From positions 37,043 to 101,042 of the forward strand of contig JBAZRF010000002.1 of assembly GCA_041663165.1 (NCBI GenBank): a stretch of DNA of 64,000 nt, written 5' to 3'. The notes beneath the pieces are model-generated. The model was not told the origin of the DNA, did not search any database, and saw nothing but the letters and a program-made list of their open reading frames with translations. Positions 48,220 through 55,904 of the stretch are shown here, piece by piece. The position numbers and the translations under genes were made by a program. This DNA is from Minisyncoccota bacterium. GTDB taxonomy: Bacteria > Patescibacteriota > Minisyncoccia > Phycocordibacterales > XYD1-FULL-46-19. Positions within the stretch are counted from its first letter, which is position 1. Every line of letters begins with the position of its first letter.

Positions 48220-48229
48220 TAGCCCTGTT

Positions 48230-48733
48230 ATGGATAATGTGGATGAGCGAAAAATTTACGAGTTGGGGTACCTATTGGTGCCTTATTTGCCAGCTGAAAG
48301 CGTGGCCAAATCCGTTGAAGACCTAATTAAGTCTCAGATTGAATCATCGGGGGGAGAAATCACTACTGCCCTAGAACCGGTGATGACCCGTTTAGCTTAT
48401 ATCATAACCAAGGTTATTAATAATAAACACACCAAATTTTCTGATGCCTATTTTGGCGCTTTGCGCTTTAAGGTCTCGAGTGAGGCAGTAAAGAAACTAG
48501 AAGCTAATTGGAAAAAAGATGATAATCTTATCCGTTTTCTATTGATCTCAATGCCCAAGGGCTCGGAGAATATTGTTGCCCCCAAACGGGTGTTTGCCCG
48601 TCGCGAGGACAAACCGTTTGAGATTGAACGTCTTATACCCGACAAAGAGGAGGAGAAAGTGGTTCTGTCAGCCGAAGAGTTAGATAAGGAGATTGATAAG
48701 GAAATTGATAAATTAGTCGAGCCTGTCGCTTAA
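48230..48733 (+). CDS. rpsF: 30S ribosomal protein S6 with acidic C-terminal tail
   Basis: S6 fold pattern YELGYLLVPYL...GGEI...LAY; upstream part of track ORF 47990 is an artifact. Confidence 0.75.
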   Translation: MDNVDERKIYELGYLLVPYLPAESVAKSVEDLIKSQIESSGGEITTALEPVMTRLAYIITKVINNKHTKFSDAYFGALRFKVSSEAVKKLEANWKKDDNLIRFLLISMPKGSENIVAPKRVFARREDKPFEIERLIPDKEEEKVVLSAEELDKEIDKEIDKLVEPVA

Positions 48734-48736
48734 ATC

Positions 48737-49219
48737 ATGTATTTAAATAAAGCTTTTATTCTTGGTAACTTAACTCGTGATCCTGAGAAGCGAGCCTTGC
48801 CCAGTGGTGCCGCTGTCACCAGTTTTTCGATTGCGACCACGCGTGTTTATAAGGATAAGAATGGGGTTAAGCAAGAGGACACACAATATCACAACATTGT
48901 CGCTTTTGGTCCGCAGGCTGAGACGATTGCTCAATATATGAAAAAGGGGAGTTCGATTTTAGTTGAAGGACGAATCCAGACACGCAGTTGGGATGCGCCG
49001 GATGGCACAAAAAAGTATCGTACCGAAATTGTTGTTGACGCCTTTCAGTTCGGACCAAAGCGGGACGGCTCGATAAGCTCACCCCAAACCGGTGGTTATG
49101 AACCAAGCGGGGGAGTAAGCTCAGCCGGAGCAACAAAGAATCCCGTCAGCCAGCTACCCGAATTAGAGACCATTCAGTATCCCGAAGAAGAAATTAATCC
49201 TGACGATATCCCATTCTAA
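48737..49219 (+). CDS. ssb: single-stranded DNA-binding protein
   Basis: OB-fold core, C-terminal DDIPF tail. Confidence 0.9.
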   Translation: MYLNKAFILGNLTRDPEKRALPSGAAVTSFSIATTRVYKDKNGVKQEDTQYHNIVAFGPQAETIAQYMKKGSSILVEGRIQTRSWDAPDGTKKYRTEIVVDAFQFGPKRDGSISSPQTGGYEPSGGVSSAGATKNPVSQLPELETIQYPEEEINPDDIPF

Positions 49220-49235
49220 ATTTTAAATAAATATT

Positions 49236-49460
49236 ATGATGATCAAAAAAACAAATAGCCTTCGCCAATGTCAGTTTTGTACCAACAACGTTAAGGGTGT
49301 GGACTATAAGGATGTGGAATTATTGAAGAACTATCTTGATACCCACATGCGCATCAGTAAACATCGCAAGACTGGTGTCTGTGCCAAACATCAGCGTTCT
49401 CTCGGCACCGCCATCAAGCGCGCTCGCACCCTCGGTCTCTTGCCTTACTTGGCCGGCTAA
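49236..49460 (+). CDS. rpsR: 30S ribosomal protein S18
   Basis: CQFC, VDYKDVELLKNY, ISKHRKTG. Confidence 0.9.
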   Translation: MMIKKTNSLRQCQFCTNNVKGVDYKDVELLKNYLDTHMRISKHRKTGVCAKHQRSLGTAIKRARTLGLLPYLAG

Positions 49461-49494
49461 AGGCGTTCGGCCTACGTTCAGTTAAACAACACAG

Positions 49495-49520
49495 AAAACC
49501 GTTCCCGCGAACGGTTTTCT
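49495..49520 (+). terminator. terminator AAAACCGTTC-CCGC-GAACGGTTTT after rpsR
   Basis: perfect 10-bp stem. Confidence 0.8.
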
Positions 49521-49653
49521 TACGCTCCGCGACGGCCATTTCGCCGTAGTTTTTCGCTACGCTCAAAACTTTTACAACGGCGAAAACCATGCTGGCCGTA
49601 GCTCCGCGAGGTTGTTTAACTGAACAAGGCCTCGCTTGGTTGCAAATCACAAT

Positions 49654-49681
49654 TTGACGTATATTCTCTTTTTGTTAAAAT
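49654..49681 (+). promoter_or_regulatory. promoter P1 TTGACG-16-TAAAAT in gene-free region
   Basis: hexamers and spacing read directly. Confidence 0.45.
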
Positions 49682-49826
49682 GAAATCAGAAGGAATCGAC
49701 GCACCTGTTAAAGTTTAACAACGATTCCGATGGCCAATCCTTTTCATAAGGATAAGCCCACAAAAGAAACATCGTCCCGCTTGGCTTGGCCAGGGGACGG
49801 TTGTTTTATTTATCCACAACCACCCC

Positions 49827-49854
49827 TTGACGGTTGTTTTGGTTTTGCTAAGAT
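49827..49854 (+). promoter_or_regulatory. promoter P2 TTGACG-16-TAAGAT
   Basis: same architecture as P1, 173 nt downstream. Confidence 0.45.
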
Positions 49855-49860
49855 GTAATC

Positions 49861-50107
49861 AGGTCTTGTACACATCGTGTGGTTTGACAAAAAGCTTTCG
49901 ACTCTTCGAACTGATTGTTACACGGATCCTTGCCATCTTGCAGGAGGCCGCGCACCGAGTGCACGCATCGTCGCCGATACAATCCCTGGCACGGGGAAAC
50001 CAATCTCGTTCGACAGAACGCCGACCGACGCCGTAGCTTCTCGTCACTTCCACTTCGCATTGCCACCCCAAGGTTCGTCCCGGGTGGTTTCGCTTTGAAT
50101 TTTTTTC
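49861..50107 (+). ncRNA. candidate GC-rich small RNA transcribed from P2 and ending at hairpin CCACCC...GGGTGG plus T-tract; function unknown
   Basis: no ORF with SD; open frames on both strands typical of GC-rich non-coding sequence; flanked by promoter and terminator-like signals. Confidence 0.3.
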
Positions 50108-50320
50108 ACCTTGTTTTTTGAATAACTAAGTGTTAAAAGATAAGTAGAAGCTGGCAGATGTTTCTGCCGGCAAATGAACACGGCCATAGCGAGCCGCTAC
50201 CTTACGAAAGGAGAAATCGCGATGGGAATAGACAAGTTACACCTGCACTTCGAGAGAGGAGCAAAAAATTTTCGCTGGAAAATTTTAAGGCGAGGTTTTT
50301 AAGCGGGAGCAACCGAGCGC

Positions 50321-50890
50321 CTAGTTAACTCGTTCCACATACTCTCCCGTATCAGTATTGATTCGTAAGACGTCGCCCTCGTTAACAAACATCGGGACGT
50401 TGACAGTGAAGCCGGTTTCGACTGTCACTTGTTTAAGCCCGCCTTGGACGGTGTTGCCCTTAACGGCTGGGGCCGCTTCAGTTACTTTAAGTTCAACCTT
50501 GATCGGCACCTCAACGCCGATAATTTTATCTTGAAAAGAAATAAGATCGACAACGGTGTTTTGTTTAACAAAATGGATTTGCTCGCCAACCTGCTCACTG
50601 TCGAGCTCAAAGCGTTTGCCCGGATCCTTTTCTTCGCAGAACCAATACTTGCCCTTGGTCTCATAAAGATATTTTATTTTACGCTTCTCCAGCTCGGCCT
50701 CTTCGGCTTTCTCGCTTTGGTGAAAAGAAATTTCCATTACTTTGCCGGTGAGCAGATTCTTCATTTTGACGGCGTTAACCGGCTTGCGCTGTTGTTTGCG
50801 AAAGACATGCGAGGTCAGAACCACAAAAGGGGACCCATCATAGACGATAACTTTTCGCTCTTTAATTTCGTTATATTCTAACATACCCAA
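50321..50890 (-). CDS. efp: elongation factor P
   Basis: KPGKGQAF-equivalent region, three OB domains; probable start at MLEYNE. Confidence 0.85.
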   Translation of the reverse strand: MGMLEYNEIKERKVIVYDGSPFVVLTSHVFRKQQRKPVNAVKMKNLLTGKVMEISFHQSEKAEEAELEKRKIKYLYETKGKYWFCEEKDPGKRFELDSEQVGEQIHFVKQNTVVDLISFQDKIIGVEVPIKVELKVTEAAPAVKGNTVQGGLKQVTVETGFTVNVPMFVNEGDVLRINTDTGEYVERVN

Positions 50891-50923
50891 AAATCCTAAC
50901 TTAAATTAGCCATTTACGCAACT

Positions 50924-51982
50924 TTACTCTTCTTCCTCTGAACCCTCTTCGGCTGGTTGGCCCGAGAGGAGCGGTTTTAATTTCGCCAATAATTCTTCTT
51001 TTAACTCCGGCTTCTCTCGTAGGTATGCTCGGGCGGCATCATAACCGCGCCCCAGCTTAATTTCATGGCTGGCTTTGTTGTCGGGAGTATATGAGTAAGA
51101 AGCGCCAGATTTATGAATTAAACTATATTTCTCGCCTAACGCGAGCAGCTCGCCTTCGGGCGAGATGCCCTCGTTGTAAAGAAGATCAAATTCGGCCTGA
51201 CGAAAAGGAGCAGCAATTTTGTTTTTGACCACTTTCACCCGAATGCGTCCGCCAATCACTTCCTCACCCTTTTTAATTTGGGCGATACGACGCACATCCA
51301 TGCGCACGGAGGAGTAGAATTTAAGGGCTTTGCCTCCCGGTGTTGTTTCGGGATTGCCAAACATCACCCCGATTTGCATGCGGATTTGATTAATAAAAAT
51401 GACTACCGTTTTACTTTTATCAACAATTGAGGTCATTTTGCGCAGAGCTTGCGACATCATGCGAGCTTGCTTGCCAACATGGTAATCGCCAACATCACCC
51501 TCAATTTCATCCTTAGGGGTTAAGGCAGCAACAGAATCAATAACAACAACGTCAATTTTACCCGAGCGGATTAAACTCTCGGCAATATCTAGGGCTTGTT
51601 CGCCATAGTCTGGCTGAGAAATTAGTAATTCTTCAGTTTTGACACCACGTTTTTTCGAATATTCAGGATCAAGGGCGTGTTCGGCATCGATGAAGGCGCA
51701 AATACCACCCTTCTTTTGTGCTTGGGCGACAATGTGAAGAGCGAGCGTGGTTTTGCCGGACGACTCGGGCCCAAAAATTTCAATGACCCGTCCCCGGGGG
51801 ACACCGCCAATACCAAGGGCTGCGTCGAGGGCTAATGAACCGGTCGGGATGGCATCGATACCTACGTGAGGTTTATCGCCAAGCTTCATAATTGACTCGT
51901 CGCCAAACTTGCTCTGAATCGCGCGAATGGTATCAGCGATATTTGTTCCGGTTTCTTTACTTGCCTTTGGTTTTTTTGCCAT
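50924..51982 (-). CDS. recA: recombinase RecA
   Basis: Walker [31 protein letters not shown]. Confidence 0.95.
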   Translation of the reverse strand: MAKKPKASKETGTNIADTIRAIQSKFGDESIMKLGDKPHVGIDAIPTGSLALDAALGIGGVPRGRVIEIFGPESSGKTTLALHIVAQAQKKGGICAFIDAEHALDPEYSKKRGVKTEELLISQPDYGEQALDIAESLIRSGKIDVVVIDSVAALTPKDEIEGDVGDYHVGKQARMMSQALRKMTSIVDKSKTVVIFINQIRMQIGVMFGNPETTPGGKALKFYSSVRMDVRRIAQIKKGEEVIGGRIRVKVVKNKIAAPFRQAEFDLLYNEGISPEGELLALGEKYSLIHKSGASYSYTPDNKASHEIKLGRGYDAARAYLREKPELKEELLAKLKPLLSGQPAEEGSEEEE

Positions 51983-52006
51983 AGTTCTTGCCCCGCCGTG
52001 GCGGGA

Positions 52007-52369
52007 TTAATTTAACGTTGTTAATTGTAATTTTTTAGTTATTTGCCGGCCAAATTGATCGCGGGCGATAATTTCTAAGAGATTATAACCGCTCGCCAAG
52101 AGATATTGCTCATTAAAATTACCCTCTTCGTCGGTAAAAATCTTTTTTCCGTTTAAATAAATCTGGCTAATTCGCTCAGCTCGGCCCTTAACATTGACCA
52201 AGTTCTTTTTTATCGTTGCCCCGTCACTCGGGGAAACAATGGTTATTTCCGGGCCAGTTAAAAAATTCTTTAATTTTAATCCCGAGTAACCAATAATTAG
52301 TAAAACAACCAAACTAACTATCAGTGGTTTTATAATACAACGATAATCTTTTTTCCTTGACATCATCAT
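52007..52369 (-). CDS. small membrane-anchored hypothetical protein downstream of ftsK
   Basis: N-terminal TM then beta-rich domain. Confidence 0.4.
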   Translation of the reverse strand: MMMSRKKDYRCIIKPLIVSLVVLLIIGYSGLKLKNFLTGPEITIVSPSDGATIKKNLVNVKGRAERISQIYLNGKKIFTDEEGNFNEQYLLASGYNLLEIIARDQFGRQITKKLQLTTLN

Positions 52370-54645
52370 GGGGCAAAATTGTTAACGCCATTAGTTTCCT
52401 TATCAATCTGGGCGCCATAAACCTCGCGCGGTTTGGCTCCTGATCCGGCACCGATTACCCCATGTTCTTCGAGCATGTCTAAAAGGCGAGCGGCCCGCGC
52501 ATAGCCGACCTTAAGTTTTCGTTGGAGATATGAGGCCGAGGCCTTACCCGCTTCCATCACGGCGGCACGGGCATCCTCGTAGAGGTCATCGTCGGCGCCG
52601 TTATCACCAAAATCTTCGGTAAAGAGGGCTTTGCCATTGCCAACAGACCCACTGCCGCTCGCGATGGCTTCTTCGGCGCTTAGGTTTAAGTCGCTCGGTA
52701 AATTGTCGGCGTATTGATCAGCTAAATAATTAACGACTTTTTTGAGTTCCTCTTCAGTAATAAAAGAGGACTGAAGGCGAACGGGCTTGGACATTTCGCC
52801 AGAGATATAAAGCATATCGCCAGCGCCAAGCAATTTTTCGGCTCCAGCGGCATCCAAAATGGTTCGTGAGTCGATCTGTGAGGCCACTTGCATAGCGATA
52901 CGAGAAGGGATATTGGCCTTAATTAGGCCGGTAATGACCTCAACCGACGGCCGTTGGGTCGAAAGGAGCAAGTGGATGCCCACGGCCCGAGACATCTGGG
53001 CAAGCCTAACGATGGCCGCTTCTAATTCGCGCGGATAAGAGGTCATAATATCGGCCAATTCATCGATAATAACAATAATGTAGGGCATGGTTTCTACCTG
53101 ATCAATCTCATCCCCTTCAGTTTTCTTAGTAGTTGAGGCTGCTGTTTTAGCTAAGATATTTTTGTGATAAGACTGAATGTCACGCACGGCCTCGGCTTCC
53201 AGGATGTCGTAACGGCGATCCATTTCTTTGGCCAGCCAGCGTAAGGCAGCAATCGCTTTTTTGGGATCAGTGATGACTGGCGTGAGCAAGTGAGGAATGC
53301 GATTGTATAGAGTTAGCTCAACGCGCTTTGGGTCAATCATGATAAAACGCAATTGATCGGGCGGGTTGCGATAAAGGAGAGAATTGATAATCGCGTGGAT
53401 GGTAACTGACTTACCTGAACCGGTCGCGCCGGCAATCAACATGTGTGGCGCTTTCGCTAAATTGGCGTAACGCGGAGCGCCGGTAATGTCTCGGCCCAGG
53501 GCGGCAAAGAGGGGATGATGGCTTTCCAGATATTCGACTGTCGACAAGAGTGAAGCCAGGCGGATAATCGCCTTAACTTTATTGGGAACTTCAATACCAA
53601 CCAATGACTTTCCGGGAATTGGGGCCTCAATGCGGAGAGGGTGAGCGGCCAACGAAAGCGATAAATCGTTTTGTAGGGCAACAATTCGTGAAAGCTTGAC
53701 GCCCTCGGCCGGCTTTAGGGCATAGCGAGTGACCGTTGGCCCAATCGAGACTTCGTCCATTTCCACCGGAATGCCAAAATTGGCCAGAGTCCTCTTGATA
53801 ATATTGGCATTGGCTTTGATGTCGCCAGCATTAGGTTTACCGCTGTCTTGTTCAAGCAGAGAAATTGGCGGAGGAACAAAAGCGCCAGTCTTAGATTTTC
53901 GACCAAAGAAGGGAAAAACACCCAATAAGCTGTCGCCGTTTTTGTCTTTAATATTTTCTCTATTTTTATCCTCATCTTTTTTGTTTGTCTCAACAGATTT
54001 CTCGGCTGTTTCTTTTTCCCCGGCATTTTCTCCGTTGATTTTAAGCTCTTTTTCTTTACTGAGAATTTCTTTGGCTGATTCGCCGGTCGATGAACGATAA
54101 AATATTTTTCGCCACAAAGCGATACCTAAAATTTTATGAGTATCAAAGGCGACAATCAACGAGACCAAGATTATTGCTCCGAGAAAGACGAGACTGGCAT
54201 AATAAGCAAAATAATTAAGAAGAGGAGTAGAAATTAATAATCCCACCAGTCCACCTGTCTCTGGTTTGAAAAGAATGCTCGCCATTCCTAGAACGGCAAT
54301 TAAAAAGAAGAAACCGCTTATTGCCCTAGTTGCTACCAGTCCAACCTTAATTGAACGCAAAAGAATGACTCCCCAAAATAATAGAATGATCGGTATTAAT
54401 AAAAAACCGGCGCCAAAAAGTTTATCCAAGATCTGATAAGTTAATTGGCCCGCTGGTCCGCCAGTGTTAAACTTAGCCAAAATAAAAAAGATAGCCAAAG
54501 CAAAACACAGAACAGCCAAGATTGCCCGCTTAGTTTCGGCTTTCAAATACTCGGTCCTTGGTTTTTGGAGAGAGTTTTTGTTTTCCGGACGCCCACGTTT
54601 CCTTTTGGGCCCTTGACCATTCCTTTCGTTATTATTTAATGCCAT
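52366..54645 (-). CDS. ftsK: DNA translocase FtsK/SpoIIIE
   Basis: N-terminal TM helices, Walker A GATGSGKS, C-terminal gamma winged helix. Confidence 0.9.
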   Translation of the reverse strand: MALNNNERNGQGPKRKRGRPENKNSLQKPRTEYLKAETKRAILAVLCFALAIFFILAKFNTGGPAGQLTYQILDKLFGAGFLLIPIILLFWGVILLRSIKVGLVATRAISGFFFLIAVLGMASILFKPETGGLVGLLISTPLLNYFAYYASLVFLGAIILVSLIVAFDTHKILGIALWRKIFYRSSTGESAKEILSKEKELKINGENAGEKETAEKSVETNKKDEDKNRENIKDKNGDSLLGVFPFFGRKSKTGAFVPPPISLLEQDSGKPNAGDIKANANIIKRTLANFGIPVEMDEVSIGPTVTRYALKPAEGVKLSRIVALQNDLSLSLAAHPLRIEAPIPGKSLVGIEVPNKVKAIIRLASLLSTVEYLESHHPLFAALGRDITGAPRYANLAKAPHMLIAGATGSGKSVTIHAIINSLLYRNPPDQLRFIMIDPKRVELTLYNRIPHLLTPVITDPKKAIAALRWLAKEMDRRYDILEAEAVRDIQSYHKNILAKTAASTTKKTEGDEIDQVETMPYIIVIIDELADIMTSYPRELEAAIVRLAQMSRAVGIHLLLSTQRPSVEVITGLIKANIPSRIAMQVASQIDSRTILDAAGAEKLLGAGDMLYISGEMSKPVRLQSSFITEEELKKVVNYLADQYADNLPSDLNLSAEEAIASGSGSVGNGKALFTEDFGDNGADDDLYEDARAAVMEAGKASASYLQRKLKVGYARAARLLDMLEEHGVIGAGSGAKPREVYGAQIDKETNGVNNFAP

Positions 54646-54727
54646 TTATTCTAAGATTATAACAAGACAAGCCTCAATTTAAAAACTTTGTTAGCTAAGA
54701 GTTAAAACGACTGCCAGGGGAGGGGTA

Positions 54728-54756
54728 TTGGACATTTGCCCAAACCGGTATATAAT
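54728..54756 (+). promoter_or_regulatory. consensus promoter TTGGAC-17-TATAAT for the 54800 gene
   Basis: sequence reading. Confidence 0.55.
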
Positions 54757-54799
54757 AAGAGACAACGGAATAATTAAGACGTAAAGGACAAGATATAAG

Positions 54800-55522
54800 A
54801 TGGATGAACAAAAGGACAATCAAATAAAGGACGATTGGTATTTGTCTCTAAAAGTTCAAAAGCTCACCCAGGCTGTCTATTTGGTGACCTCACTTATTAG
54901 TGATAATGAACCAATAAAATGGCGCCTTCGTGAAGAAGCCCTTGACATCCTATCGGACACGACTCTAAGTCATGATCATCATGTTTCTCCTCTTTATAAA
55001 TTACCCGGCCTTGAAACAGTATTGCTTAAGGTCAACCATCTCTTGTCATTTTTGGAGGTGTCCTTAGCAGCTAATTTTGTCTCAGAGATGAATCTGGTTT
55101 TGCTAAAGAAAGAATATCTGATACTCAAGCAATCTCTTGAAGAAAAGGCTAAAGAAAACAATGTTGGGCGGCTTCTCGAACTTTCTCCGTTGGATCAAAT
55201 TTTGCCTAATAATAGTTCTAATAACTCCCGATTAAATTCGCAAACCCTGTCCGATAGGCACAATTTGGTAGGGAAAAAACAGGTTGAATACCTAAAAATA
55301 AACCGTCTTCCCCACAAGAATCGTGACCTGGCTAAAGATTCTAGACGATCAATAATTCTCGACTTTCTCAAGGGAAAAGACTGGACTTCCATAAAGGACA
55401 TTACCGAAGCGGTTGATGGTTGTAGTGCCAAAACGATCCAAAGAGAACTGGCTGATCTGGTTCAAAAAGGGGTCCTAAAAAAGAAGGGGGATCGTCGTTG
55501 GAGCCGTTATCTTTTGGCTTAA
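54800..55522 (+). CDS. hypothetical protein with C-terminal winged-helix DNA-binding domain
   Basis: C-terminal SIKDITEAVDGCSAKTIQRELADLVQKGVL HTH-like. Confidence 0.45.
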   Translation: MDEQKDNQIKDDWYLSLKVQKLTQAVYLVTSLISDNEPIKWRLREEALDILSDTTLSHDHHVSPLYKLPGLETVLLKVNHLLSFLEVSLAANFVSEMNLVLLKKEYLILKQSLEEKAKENNVGRLLELSPLDQILPNNSSNNSRLNSQTLSDRHNLVGKKQVEYLKINRLPHKNRDLAKDSRRSIILDFLKGKDWTSIKDITEAVDGCSAKTIQRELADLVQKGVLKKKGDRRWSRYLLA

Positions 55523-55552
55523 ATTTTGTTCAAGGGGCCAAGCCTTAAAAAT

Positions 55553-55581
55553 TTGACCAAAAATGCTTTTTGGTATAGAAT
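55553..55581 (+). promoter_or_regulatory. promoter TTGACC-17-TAGAAT starting a ~320-nt leader of the surface protein gene; second candidate TTGTTT-17-TATAAT at 55631-55659
   Basis: sequence reading. Confidence 0.5.
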
Positions 55582-55904
55582 GCGAGCACCTGTTTTGGGG
55601 TAGAAAAATAGTTATCCACAAACACTTTTTTGTTTCCGTCGAGACGGGGGAGTATAATGTTGAACGAGGGTCGTTGACAACCGAATATTCTTTTTACGGT
55701 TTAAAAACGATCTGTTAATTATTGGTAAAATTGTTTCGCTGAAGGCTGGTCGATAAGCTTTATCGAAACGCTCTGTTGTGCCTCTCGTTGTCAACAGGTA
55801 GCTAGTAATAATTTTCTTTATTATTTACCTGTTGGCGTCGAGGTGTACGAACCAACAAATTATTAGCGATTACAAGTTTAGTATTATTAAGTAAATTATT
55901 AATC

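Noticed and set aside
47990-48229. N-terminal 80 codons of track ORF 47990-48733 (Ser/Pro/Arg-rich)
   Set aside because: Read-through of GC-rich cassette D 3' region in another frame. rpsF starts at 48230 behind its own promoter
49860-50110. Possibility that the GC-rich transcript is RNase P RNA, tmRNA or SRP RNA
   Set aside because: Universal P4 strands (GGAAAGUCCGGGC / ACAGAACCCGGCUUA), tmRNA tRNA-like ends (GGGG... / GGTTCGACTCCC...CCA) and SRP GGAAGCAGC motif are absent on both strands
49827-50121. Five overlapping ORFs (60-73 aa) on both strands
   Set aside because: Typical artifact of ~60% GC non-coding sequence. None has an SD or plausible start context. The region is treated as candidate ncRNA instead
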